Shown here in pieces: positions 13,421 to 26,323 of a stretch of DNA of 64,000 nt. The notes below the pieces were generated by a model, which worked only from the letters and a program-made list of their open reading frames with translations, ran no database searches and was not told where the DNA came from. The position numbers were made by a program, and so were the translations under genes. Source of the stretch: Lytechinus pictus (taxonomy: Eukaryota); assembly GCF_037042905.1 (NCBI RefSeq), contig NC_087245.1, forward strand, positions 10,666,001 through 10,730,000, written 5' to 3'. The stretch's first letter is position 1. Every line of letters begins with the position of its first letter.

Positions 13421-14756
13421 TACAAACGTAATGTTTGGTTTGGTTTCGTTTTATTTACCGTATAAAAAAATCACAATAAAATACATTGCACAAGATATGA
13501 GATTAAATATAAATATATAAAAATGCACGTAAAAATATACGGATGGATCACTCTATTCAGAGCCATTGATTCCTAGATTATTTTAAGAGTACCCTTTTGA
13601 AATACATCTATGCCAATTGAAATTAAATCACTGATTTGTACGGGGGGAGGGTGTTGTGGTGTGGGTTTTAGAATTTTTTAAAAATATCTTTTTTATCATG
13701 TTTGATGGTCAACTTCCTATTCATTATGGTAATCATAGCCATTATTCTAGTAAACTGGCTCCATGGAAGGCCAGCAGCAATATGAAATTATAGCAGGTGT
13801 AATATTTGAGCAAGAAAAGTAGTTTTGTAATCCAGTTAGCAGGATTCAATACAAGATGTTTGACATGTGTATCCTTATTCTTCGGTTCCTCAAGAAAATG
13901 TTAAGCTGTTGATCCTCTGGTGTCTTATATTCGCATTTGCAATCCATTACATTTTCTTATCAATCAGGTTAAATAAACCACCATTAACCAAAAGTATTCG
14001 AAAATGTGAAAATGTCGTTCAAGCGAATAACACTCATGTCATTGGCGCAAAGAATTATACCATGACATTGCCACGTAAAAAGAACAAAGGACATCGGTGC
14101 AGATATTGGTATAAAGTGTATAATTAAACCACACTTTTGTGAAAAATAGGTCTATATTTTGTCATGAGCAGAAGATACTGCGATAACCTGGAGCCTACTT
14201 CACTTACGGAATGTTTACGTGATACACAGTGAATATAATATAGATATGTTACACTTGCCATGCTTGTTATGCATCTAGGTCACTTTAATTTAATAGCTTC
14301 CAGTAAAAAATTTGAATCAATTTTATCAAGCGCTATTCGCGATACACGTATAATAGACCTTTCACGAAACGGAGGCAAATCAATGAAAATAATCATTCCC
14401 TAAATAGGAATCAAACCATTGGTGCATGCTGTTTGTTCTATGGATTGCAGAAACGTGTTCATTAAATTCACGTTAAGCGTCTAATTATGTAAAATTGCGA
14501 GATTGGCTCGCGAAACTGTACCCCTTTCCCAGCAGCCATTCTATAAATGAAAGCCAATAAGCCATTTTAAAGGCAAATAATAAAACATGCATTTATAGGC
14601 ATCAAGCTGTCGATTATCTTAGGTATATAATAGGGGGGGGGGGGGTGAAAGGTATAAATGGATTTATGAACCATGACGTCATACATGGGATGCTATGACG
14701 GTATTTATTCATTGGTCGTGTACATTTTGTTCGCCCTTCCAATTCTTGGGGGATGA

Positions 14757-14940
<184 letters not shown>

Positions 14941-16460
14941 AAGAAAAGGGAATGAGAAGAAGATGACGAAGAAGAAAATTAATAAGAACATTAAAGGTAG
15001 GTCGTATGTGAGTGATATAAAGGGATTTCCCCGTATGGTTGTGCCACTGCTGATTCTCTCTTCAGCACGGAGATTGTTCTTGACAACGCTTTATAATTAA
15101 ATCAATACTGGTTTTATTGTGTTTCCAAGCTAAATGTACTATCGATAGAGTAGGAAGATGAGAGAGATAACTAAATACAAATTGAATGATATATTTCGAT
15201 TTTTTTATAACAAAACATGACATTGTTTTTAAAAGAATGATGTCGTAAAAGTGTGTGGAGGAGAAGGGGTGGGGTGTTAGTGGGCGATAGTGAGGCAAAA
15301 TTGATTTGTTAGCAAAGCGGCTGCGCATGTGCACTTCATCACTCTTGATTCTCATCATTCCCTTCGCAAATACATTCAATGTGTAAATTGTGAAAGGCAC
15401 ACACGGTTACATTGACTTGAATGAACAGCGCTGCTCCGACTTTCAAATTTGCGCCACACAATTTCACGAAAAGGTTTCACAGGTTCTTAGAGTCCAGGTA
15501 AAGATCTTGTTTTGTATTATAATTAATTTTTTGACATTTAATTGATAATTGGTGTGGTTTACTAGCAATTTTATTTGGTTATGTGGTAGGTGCTTTGGTC
15601 TCAGCGTTATATTTTTTATTTAGTATTTTGGTTAGGGTGCCAATTTAAGAAGATCATTACAAGAAAGCATCTAGTCCTCTCCTGAATCGCACACTCATCA
15701 TTTCTAGAGTTGAAAGACTTCGGGAATGACATAGTTGGATCCAGGGGACCGAATCAGCCGCAGACCCCTATTTGCAGCGCCTCCCAAAAATGGGAGGAAA
15801 GGAGAAAAATGAAGGAAAAGGGGAAACGAAAGGAGATTAGAAAAAGAGGGAAAAGAAAAAAAACAGGAATAAGAAAAGTGAACAAAAATAAAAGAAACAG
15901 AGGCATTGGAAAAAAAATATCTTCAGTTTACCAAATAGAAAATAAAATTCTACTCGTGTTTGCATTCCCTATTTAATGATACACATATCCGGTTCAAGAG
16001 GATTCAGTGGTGCTTAAAATAACTTAAGTCAATATACAACAAATATTTTTTTTTTAGCGTTTATTAATAATTTTGTTTAGTAAGATATGCATCATCATAG
16101 TCGTGCTCATGATTACATAAAGCACTTAGAAGTCTTAGGTTTTTATCTTTAAAATTTTCAGCTCTAACATTTGTATCTGTTTCATGATTTTGTCAAACAT
16201 CGCTTTAAATGTTCCTTTTCGGGTCGTTATATATCAAAGTCAGCTCTTGCTCGCACATTTTGCTCGGTGAGAAACGAATTATTTTAATGATTGCAAAAAC
16301 TGCTTAAAATCTCCCGTTTCAGATTTAAATCAACATTTTTAAACTTGCGCTTCTCGCTCGCATTATATGATGAGTGAAACATCATATTCTTTAATTGCTA
16401 CCAAAAAATAATTAAAATGTCCCCCTTCTCAGATCAGTATAATAGTGAACAAATGAAAAT

Positions 16461-16770
16461 GAGAGAATATAGATGCGTAGCTTCACTCAAGGTCCCTCAG
16501 ATCTGTCTTCCATTCTGAATCAAAGGTTGAAAATGCTTCCGCCGGGAATCGAACCCTGGTCCCTGGCTCTAAACGCCAATACCTTAACCACTAGACCACG
16601 GTGGCGGGCCAGCAGGAAGGCGAGACTGAGTTCAATTAACTGGCAGGCAAACTTTCAACCTTTTTATTGATTCTTTGTCTTTTTGGTGCAGATGAGTTAA
16701 TGAACAATGAGTAGCCGCGTGCCGAAGTTGGATCTCAGCTAATACAAGCATTCATCAGAAAGGGGACAAT
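16461..16770 (-). mobile_element. tRNA-carrying, (TA)n-adjacent repeat, divergent subtype
   Basis: Colinear homology with 25173-25500: gagagaa..gcgtagctt..caaggt..cag, then the tRNA, then ctttgtc..gaacaatga..agccgc..tgcc..ag.tggatc. Followed by (TA)n. Confidence 0.75.
16534..16605 (-). tRNA. tRNA-like gene or pseudogene with anticodon TTA (ochre-reading)
   Basis: GCCACCG TG GTCT AGTGGTTA AGGT A TTGGC GTTTAGA GCCAG GGAC CAGGG TTCGATT CCCGG CGGAAGC A, then TTTT. Two acceptor-stem mismatches and one T-stem mismatch. Confidence 0.6.
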
Positions 16771-16775
16771 ATATG

Positions 16776-16820
<45 letters not shown>

Positions 16821-16856
16821 GCATCTTGGTTTTCCACGTATTGGCAATAATAAGAC

Positions 16857-17160
16857 ATCAGAAATGCGAAACAAATTCACAAGTAATGCAATTTTTGCAA
16901 TGCCAACAAGTTCTTTTATTCACTTTCCAAATTTTCGGTAGACATCTACCTTCTTTAGGGAAGATTCGTGAATTGTGACAAGTTTAAATGACAGTTCATT
17001 TAAACTTGACAGTTCATTTAAACTGTCATTTAAACTTGTCACAATTCACGAATCTTCCCCGAAGAAGGTAGATGTCTACCAAAAATTTGGAAATTAAATA
17101 AAATAACTTGTTGGCATTGCAAAAATTGCATTACTCGTGAATTTCTTTCGCATTTCTGAT
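16857..17160. mobile_element. Inverted pair of Penelope-like 3' ends with degenerate hammerhead ribozymes
   Basis: ~140-bp inverted arms between TA runs. HHR-like motifs at 16925-16962 (-) and 17055-17092 (+), with consensus ttcc CTGAAGA a ggtag atgt ctacc GAAA ATTT ggaa. Confidence 0.75.
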
Positions 17161-20100
17161 ATATATATGATAAATTGTTTAGACATAATGCATCCTGTTC
17201 AGGTTACAAAAGTGCAAAGAATGTTTCGTTTATATAATTTGCAATCACAAATTTAGATGCAAATTCACAAGGAAGAGGTCAGTTTTTAACTAAAGCTAAT
17301 GAATGTGTACTTGTAAATACGAGAAGCTGACTATCTATCATTGTAAGTTTGCAATGAAATGCATGACATTTAACTGGTTTTGGGACCTAAAATTGATTTG
17401 CAATAAAAAATGGCAAGTTTCTCGCAACAACTCATTCATATTCTCCCATTTTTTATTCACTGGTTTATCTGTATCTTTTTCATGATACTCCTACATATCG
17501 GAATGCTTAAAACGTTCCCTTTTGGGTATGAAGTAAACAAACAAATATTTCAGCTTGCGCTCACATTAATTATTTAGGGAGATACAAATAACTGTCCCGT
17601 TTTCTAGTCCGAATAAAGCAGATTTTTATTTGAAAGTAATTGTTAAGTGAGAAATTGTGTTCATGATTTCAGAATAGTCCTTAGAATATACTGTTTTCAT
17701 ATCTGAACACATGAAATATCTAAAATTTCAGCTCGCACCTCACGCTCACGATATTCATTTAGTCCTTATGAAAAAGAAAGCTTAAATTTTTTAGCTCTTT
17801 GAGCAGTCGATCGGACCCCTCATGCACAATGTTATGTTCACCCCTGAATAGGCACTTTAGTGAAATTTGTTCAATTACGTGCACATTTTTGTCGTCATAC
17901 AGTAAAAAGGTATGATAGTAAAATAAGAAAGTCTGCACAAATAAAATCAATAAAGTTACATGTTCTGTATAAGTCTTTTGTTTTCTTCATTCTATTTGAA
18001 TTTCTTCCTTAAATGTGAAATACAGTTTATCTCTATTTTGAAAAAGTTTAACTATGAATAATACAACCAAATGCTTCTTCATCATCAAATATACTAAAAA
18101 TTACATAGTTGATATTTCATTCCATAAATCGTAAGAAAATAGCGAATGTGACGTGTCGTCATCGAATCGAGTTTGTTACACTCTTAAACAAATACACCTG
18201 ATTATTCCACATATCAGATATTGTGTAAATGTCATGTCCTATATTTCAACTTTGAAATATTTAATATACCTAATATCTAAGCCTCAAATATGCCCTTTCT
18301 GCTGTAATGGACCTATACCTGAGTGCATAGTTTGTCCCCTGTTTTGCCTATTAGATATGCACAGCACACTTTGGGAACGTTATTTGCTTGGTATGTTTAC
18401 TTCCATATCCGTCATGGAACTAGATATGTGAGCAAACGCAGCGAGCGAGGAAAACATGCACCTTTTTATGGTAAAAGTTTAATTTAATCAACAGAATATG
18501 CAGTGAGAGATGGAAATCATATGTGTTTTCTATCAAAATGGTCTTCCCAAATTGATTCAGATGAGTAACTTTGCATGCTGTTACATGTATTTCTACAAGA
18601 CGAAAAAAAATAGATAAATGAAATGAAATAGCGAAGTGAGTTTACGTTCTTTAAACATATATAAAGTTACATGTTTTATTTCACAAATTTATTTTTTTCT
18701 GATTACTCAAGTATAAACTTTAGATGTACATTCACATTTTCGCCAGAATATAACAAATATACAATGACGAATATAGTTATTACGCTTACGTAAGTAACAC
18801 GACCATCGCATTTTGCTTTACTGCTTATGCGTACGTCAGTAAAACGTAATATAAGCATTAAATAGACCTGAATTATTTCGCATATGTGCAGCTTTTATAC
18901 GAAATATATCCTTGCCCTTGTCAGTTAGGTCGATATAATTATTACACACCGATGTTCCTATCAATTGATTTTATAAGAGTTCGCAAGGAGCCGATATGAA
19001 TCCAGTGTCTCGATACCAAGTATTAAAAAAAGGCCAAGGTGGAAGTAATACGTGTATATGGGCAATAAATATCATCAACTCGCATGGATGAATGAAACGG
19101 GGGCAAGGAAAAGCAAATGGGCAGGATAGGAGGGCGAATATTGGAAAGAATTAGATAGACAACGAGGTAAATATGAAGGGCAATAGTCAATACGGTTCCA
19201 GGACTATATGGACTGTGCTCCACCGATGTACTGCATAATTTATCAGAGTTTATTGAGTCATTCATTTATGGAGGTTTCTTTGCCTGGGACACAGCTGCTG
19301 CTAACCTGCATGTAAATGATAATACAAAAATATCATAAATTTGCAATCCCGTAAATTTGTACCTTTGTCACGCAATCCTCTGACAAGCTGTTAGGTTAAG
19401 CGTTAAGAATGCCTCTTCAACAATTGCAACACCGAAATACATTTCTACACACTTCACTTTCTCAATTTTTTCTTTTATATCTTTTAAGAACAAAATAATT
19501 GCAATCATAAACATATGACTAATACTAGTAAGCTAACATACTATACAAATAGTGTTTTGTGCAATAGTTTCTACTATCATTATGTATCTTGACACACCGT
19601 AGTATATTTTTACTTCATTATCATCTGGGTTTTTTTCATCATAAATTCCGACTTTTTTGCAGAAGAACAGTGAGCGTTTTGACTTTAGAGACAGCATTAT
19701 TACAATCACCGCTAGCTTATCACGACGATTATTTTTTGTTACCACATTAAATCATGCTAAATGTCACATAATCAGTAGAATTTTCCTAGAGTAAAGATGT
19801 AAACGAAAATGGTTGTTTAGAGTGGGTATTCTCGAATATATGTGCCAATTTAGAAAAATAAATGTAAAAGAGGAAACGAATAAACCAAAAGGCTGCTGTA
19901 TCTTACTGGAAATAATTGATGAATTGAAATAAAAGAAATGAATAAACCGAAGGTTAGAGGTTCGAGGAGAGTCCACCAATGAATACAAGATAGAATATGC
20001 CTATCAATCTTTTTCAGTATGAGCTCTATTGATGAAATCATACGTCTCATAAATTATTGAAATCAAATTTCACTTTGATACTAGATAAGTCCAGATGTGA

Positions 20101-21099
20101 CAGCATGATTGATAAATCTACTGCAAAATGCAGATTTAATTTCATTTATTGTGGGGATTGTGTGGAAGCTACGGTTATTTTTCAATTCCCTTTAACTTTC
20201 TGGTCCTTCCTGTTTAAAATATCAGATATAAATAAAATTGTTAAACCAAGAGAAAGAGAAAGAGAGTGAGGGCGGGGGGGGGGGGGATTATAGAGAAAGT
20301 GGATCTCATGCTATCATTCAGCTTTAGTTTGTTGCTTTTGCACATTATTATCAGATAATACGAAGTAATCCAATTATGGTCAATTCAATTTCTTTCTGCG
20401 TTTGATTTAGGAGTCGAAGTGGATAGATACATAATCGATTTTATATTAAAAATCCACCACCACGATTACCTTTTACAGAGTAAGGGCTTATAATATTCGC
20501 TACCTTGATATATAGCAGCTCGAGTTTATCGGAGCATGAGTATTGTTTATTGGATCATAATTATTTTAGGCAATTGGAGATTAAAGAAATATGATTTCAG
20601 TTTTTCGAATACATTGAAACAGTGAAAATCGTACAGGGACAGTTCTAGTTATGACTTTCTGGAATAGGGTCTTATGTTAATTTATGGGTGTTCGTTCTCC
20701 CATAAACATAGCTGATAAATGTGAAATGACAATTACATACGGGGCGACAACCCAAAAATGTATTTGATATATACGTATAAAACTTTGCAGACTTTGAACA
20801 TGGAATCATTAATTCATAGCAGTGGACTGTTATGGCATATTTTGGTATTACTGTACATTTTGGTAAAATACATTTGTTACCAAAAGTTGCCGATAGTGCT
20901 ATGCCTGACATGATTTTTTGTTACCAAAATTTGCAGTTATAACGTGATGTGACTGCACATTTTGGACAATATGGACATTTGGTAACAGATTTGACGGTTG
21001 TAATTGAGTGAAGAAAGATAATTATGGTATTGGGTTAGACAAAAAGTCAGGGGCAGTAAGGGTGTGTGTGTTTGTGTGGGTGGGTGATTTGCCTCTATG

Positions 21100-21435
21100 T
21101 TCAATGCCATTTCGTCCAATGATCGTGTCGTCTAATGCCGTTTGGTCCAATATCATTTCATTCAGTAGTCATTTCGTCTGATAGCCAATTTATGTAAGAG
21201 CCGCGTCGTGCAAAGCCACTTCCTCTAAGAGCCATTTCGTCTAAATGCCGCTTCGTTTAATGGACACTTCTTCTAATAGCCATTTCGTCCAATAGCGAGT
21301 TCGTCTAGCTTCATTGGTAGTTGGTCCAATTGCCATTTCGGTTCAATACCCATTTGGTCCTATTGACAGTTCATCCAATACCCACTGAGTTGGTCCAATA
21401 CCCATTTGGTCCAATTCCCACCTGGTCTAATAACC
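21100..21435. repeat. Array of short degenerate subrepeats, probably the interior of a DNA transposon
   Basis: Recurring ccatttcgtctaat / ttggtccaat units of about 20 bp. Confidence 0.55.
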
Positions 21436-22836
21436 GTTACTGGGGGCAGGCGCGGATCCAGGGGGTGAATGGGCCCCAGGTAAAAAAAAGGTGGAAGAAA
21501 AAAGAAACACACCACGCTATAGGATGAACAACTATTATTTAGACACAAATAGTGATTTATTAGCCTGATTTTGATAACCGTCTGTGCAACGCATTCACCT
21601 TATACCCAGTTTTCTCAAATTTAATCAATTTTGGTGTTGCAATTTATTCTCCTCATGAAATTAAATCTAGTGAGATCAGTCCGTCAAGTAATATGAAACC
21701 AAGCCTCATGCTTTTACAAATTTGACATATAAATTTGAGTCATATCTGCATACCTCTTGTAATTTTTAAAAACAAAAAAAAATTATATCTTTGATTTCTC
21801 CCCCTTTTATGTTTTATTTGTTTTCTTTTCAGAGTTATCCAGTGAATGTAATGAAATATTGGAGATTCTATTATTTGTTTGCATCGTTTCTTTTACTACT
21901 GGGTTTATTTTGTTCTGATATTAGAATAAAAGCCAATGAAATTGGGCAGAGCAATGATCATTAAATATTTAATGATTTTGGAAACCTATAGTTTTGGGTG
22001 TCGTTTGTTTTAAATATTGCAGTGTTTTTGTAGCATTTGTTTATTGCGCTCTCCTCCCTTTTCTCTCTTTCTTACGCGAGGCGTCAGTTATTTTGGACAT
22101 GGAATTATTAGTATTTATGTGTTTGTAATCCATGGAATTGCAACCTTTTTTGTTCTTGATTTGTTTTTGTTAATGCAATTCAAATAAATGGCAAGCGAAA
22201 AATAATTGTATGAAAACAATTAAATTTTCCAATTAAGAGATCTGTGGCCCGTAAGACAATTAGCTTAGCAATGGACGTAGAACATTTTCTACGATTAATT
22301 ACATTGACTACAATATACAATCAATCGTAAAAATTAGAAAGATTAGACAAAATCAATGGTAAACCAAATAGGTTTTGCCAATTTGGTTTAAAAAAATAGA
22401 GACTGAATGAAATGCCCTGCTTGTGCAGTTACAGTTTTTTTTTTTAATGCAATGAATGAGTACAGACAACTGAGCGAATAATCCAAGAACCTACCACAAT
22501 GTGCCGTCAATGTCCTGCACATTTTGGTAAATCTATCCTGGGTATAATCCTGCACATTTTGGTAAATTTACCAAAATGTGCAGATACCGAAATGTGCAAT
22601 TTACCAGAATGTGCCGTAACATGGTCTGATTAATAAAACAGTGTACTCAACCATGGCAACAGGCGTCAATTGAGCGAACTGTGACAAAAGCGCCCATCAG
22701 CATTAGACATTTGTTTTTATTATACGCGGTGAATTAAGCGTAATTGATATATGAAATCTGCATAAACCATGGGTTCAACCGACCGTTTTCAAAACCACCT
22801 TTGTGAATTCGGGCCATAGATTGTAATAGAAAACCG

Positions 22837-23384
22837 GAGCATAACTCTAAAAAAAATAAAGGTGAAGTTACACTTTTCGTCAGTGCCCATGATGTGACAA
22901 AAAGAGAATTCAAAGTCCGTTTCTGAAACAGTCGTGAAAACACGTCTGTTCATGGGCATACGGATTGTGAAGCTCACCTTTCAAAGAAATCCTTGCGCTG
23001 TAGATGGAGATAGCGCAACATAAAAGACGCATCTAAAGATGCAGTGCCATGACTGTAGGGTAAATTGGCGAATCTCCGGCTCTAAAACAGAAAAATCTAA
23101 AACAATTATGTATGTATATATATATTCCTGTTTTGGAGCCGGAGATTCGCCATTGTCATCTTGCAGTCATGGCAACGCGTCTTTAGATGCATCTATTACA
23201 GTGCGCTTCCTCCATCTTCAGCGCATTGATTTCTTTGAAAGGTGAGTTTCACAATCCGTATGCCCATGAACAGACGTGTTTTTCACGTCTGTTTCAGGAA
23301 CGGATTTTGAATTATCTTTTCTTGTCACATCATGGGCACTGACGAAGAGTGTGACTTTACCTTTCATCTTTGAGGGCTATGCTC
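22837..23384. mobile_element. Fold-back MITE (near-complete ~550-bp palindrome)
   Basis: The left arm ggagcataactc...tcagtgcccatgatgtgac...ggcgaatctccggctc is the reverse complement of the right arm, with a short AT-rich spacer at about 23095-23125. Confidence 0.8.
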
Positions 23385-23529
23385 CTTTTAAAATGAACGA
23401 TTTTATTTCTACGGCATTTACTAAACTATGTGTGATCATTATTATTATCATTTTATATATATATATATATATATATAACGATATTACATTTCGCGTGTTG
23501 GACATAGATGAGATAAAAGAAGCAAATAG

Positions 23530-25118
23530 GTAATGCGTTATATTAGTTCCAACAGATGGCTTCCAAAAATGGTGTCTACAACTGTTGTTGCTAATTAAAA
23601 AAAACGACATAGTTTGCTCAATATCCAGAATTATGATTTTTTTTTGTCTATACCATGGTTAAAAGGGTCAGATAATATATATGGGGACAAGTTACAAGGA
23701 AAGTCAGTGGTCTTGTGCAAAAATCTGCGATGGATTAAAAAAAATTGATTTTGAAAGGGCTGCTAATACTTAGAGCGGACATAGCTCATTTCATTTTGGC
23801 CTGGGCGATGTGATTGTGGTGTCTAAACCACTGGTTTCAAGGGTCAATCAGAAAATTAGGGCAAGTTACAAGAGCAGACAGTGGCCTGGTTTGTAAAAAA
23901 AATCTAAGTCGGCTTCCAAAAATTGATTCTAAATTGACTGCTGTTCTGGTTTCAAGGGTAAGAATAATACATTAGGACAAGTTTAAAGGACTGTCAGTTG
24001 TTTGTATGTTAAAAAATCCAAGACGACTTGAAAAAAATGGGGTGTAAAATCACTGTTGTAATTTAAAAGTATACATAGTTTATTAGAAATACACATTGGG
24101 GGTATGATTTTGCTGTAAACACTAGAGTTTGTAGGGTCAAGAAATACATTGGGTTAAGTTGAAAGGACAGTCAGGTGTCAGTTATGTCCCAAAATCCAAA
24201 TTTGCTTCAAAAAATGGGTTCTAAAGTGACTGCTGTTACTTAGAAATGGACATTAGTTCATACAATATCCACCTGTGAGAAATAATCTTGGTGCCTACAC
24301 TTAAATGCATGGGGATACATTATCATATTGTTTCATGAGTTGGTAACAGCATCCATTTTGATGAAATCTTAGAATCCACCATGGATTTTTTTACAAAACT
24401 GAATACTAACCATCCTTGTTACTTGTCTGAATGTATTATATGACGGTCCCTTTATACCACAATTTAGACACCAACATTATTTCTTACAGATAGATATTGT
24501 AGAACTCTGACCATTATTGAGTGATATGAGTCGTTTTAGATGCATTTAAAAAAAACCCTCTTGGATTTTTAGGCAAATTGGACAACTGCATACCAATTCA
24601 CTCAGTCCAAACGTATTGTTTTAACCGTGAAACCATAGTGTGGACACCGCAATCATCTCTCCTTGGTGGATTTTAAATGAACTATGTCCACTTTTAAAGT
24701 AATAGCAGTCATTTTAGACTCCGATTTTTGGAAGCCATCTGGGATTTTCGACATGCTGGACCACTGACTGTCCTTGTAACTAATTTTCAAAATCATATGC
24801 CCTTGACGGATACTTGTCCCAATGTATTATTTGACCATTGAAGCCATGGTCTAGACACAAAAATTATATCTCCCATGTGGATATGATATGAGCTATGTCC
24901 ATTTTAAGTATTAACAACCGTTTAAAACTCAATTTTTTGGAAAACATCTTGGATTTTTGGACACACCAGACCACTGACTGTCCTTGTAACTTGTCCCAAT
25001 GTACTACTTCACCATTAAAACCATCGAATACAAACCAAATTAAAGCCACTTAAGTAATAGATGAATTGTGGATTTTTTTGCCTACGGCAGCCATCTTGAT
25101 TTTCCTGGTACCCTGGAT
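23530..25118. mobile_element. Truncated copy of the Academ-like element with ~176-bp internal tandem repeats
   Basis: Colinear similarity to about 57640-60100, including the internal orientation switch. Both termini are missing. Confidence 0.8.
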
Positions 25119-25134
25119 TGTATATATATAAATG

Positions 25135-25179
<45 letters not shown>

Positions 25180-25254
25180 CAATGGTAGGCGTAGCTTAAT
25201 GCAAGGTTCCCCAGAGCTATCTACCCTTTGGAAGAATTGGTGATGCCGAAAAAA

Positions 25255-25326
25255 TGTCTCTGCCGGGAATCGAACCCGGGCCCCCAGCTTTGAACGACGG
25301 TGCCTTAACCACTAGACCACAGAGAC
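25255..25326 (-). tRNA. 72-nt tRNA-like gene, anticodon TCA (opal-reading, not Sec-type fold), copy 1
   Basis: GTCTCTG TG GTCT AGTGGTTA AGGC A CCGTC GTTCAAA GCTGG GGGC CCGGG TTCGATT CCCGG CAGAGAC A, then TTTTTT. One anticodon-stem mismatch. Confidence 0.75.
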
Positions 25327-25662
25327 GGGTTAGTGGCTAGGGCGACCCCGATCCGATTGACCGTCAGATAGACAGATTTTCGACAATATACCAATTATAA
25401 TTTCCTTTGTCGGGTGAAGGTGGGTTTTGAACAATGACAAGCCGCCATGCCTCAGCTGGATCAAAGGTATTGCTTTGATACAGTACACGTATGGGAGAAA
25501 GTATACAAATGTGTGAAGTTATTAATGTACAACAGCTTTGGCAACTCTTTTATTTAAATATTGTGTGAAAGAAATGGATGAAGAGAACAATGGTAGGCGT
25601 AGCTTAAATCAAGGTTCCCCAGACTTATCTACCCTTTGGAAAAATTGGTGATGCCGAAAAAA

Positions 25663-25734
25663 TGTCTCTGCCGGGAATCGAACCCGGGCCCCCAGCTTTG
25701 AACGCCGGTGCCTTAACCACAAGACCACAGAGAC
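25663..25734 (-). tRNA. 72-nt tRNA-like gene, anticodon TCA, copy 2
   Basis: Same fold with a fully paired anticodon stem CCGGC/GCTGG. A14 is replaced by T. Followed by a T6 terminator. Confidence 0.75.
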
Positions 25735-25903
25735 GGGTTAGTGGCTAGGGCGACCCCGATCTGATTGACCGACAGATTTTTGACACTATACCAATTATAA
25801 TTTCCTTTGTCGGGTGAAGGTGGGTTTTGAACAATGACAAGCCGCCATGCCTTTTAAATAAAAGAGTTGCCAAAGCTGTTGTACATTTATAACTTCACAC
25901 ACA

Positions 25904-25990
<87 letters not shown>

Positions 25991-26244
25991 GGGGCGCTAT
26001 TTTAGCACTTGCCCCAGGCGCCGTTTGTCCTAGATACGCCACTGATTATATACGCGTATATATATATTTTATTGACCTGATTACACTTTATTGTTGAAAT
26101 TCTTTTTTACTCTTTGTCTCCACATTCGCAGCTTGGTGTCACGGAAATCATTGATGCCGAAACCATCATCAATTTGGTTTTAAATCGACAATATCAAAGA
26201 CCAGTTGTGTATCTTCCCTCAGCATTCAATACAAGGAATGAACG

Positions 26245-26323
26245 ATGTTCTCTGATTTTCTCTCTCGTTTGCTGGTGTTTATTTTCTGCATCAGTTCTGC
26301 TGCAAGAGCACAGACATGTACAG
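26245..26323 (+). CDS. Secreted IgGFc-binding/mucin/PAN protein, coding exon 1 (signal peptide)
   Basis: Translates MFSDFLSRLLVFIFCISSAARAQTCT with an ARA-Q cleavage site. The phase-1 donor AG|gtagg matches the next exon. A polypyrimidine acceptor ending at 26131 implies an upstream UTR exon. Confidence 0.75.

Larger units (their letters stand above)
25173..25908 (-). mobile_element. tRNA-carrying repeat: about 1.7 tandem copies of a 408-bp unit plus a short inverted tail, between (TA)n tracts
   Basis: 25173-25450 is repeated at 25581-25851. 25853-25902 is the reverse complement of about 25510-25558. (TA)n/(GA)n lies on the left and long (TA)n on the right. Confidence 0.85.

Noticed and set aside
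23330..23365. ctgacga motif as a hammerhead core
   Set aside because: No stem II or GAAA follows. It is part of a MITE inverted arm.
25255..25734. Calling the UCA tRNAs selenocysteine tRNA
   Set aside because: They are 72 nt with a 4-nt variable loop and 7/5 fold. They lack the long variable arm and extended acceptor and D stems of tRNA-Sec.
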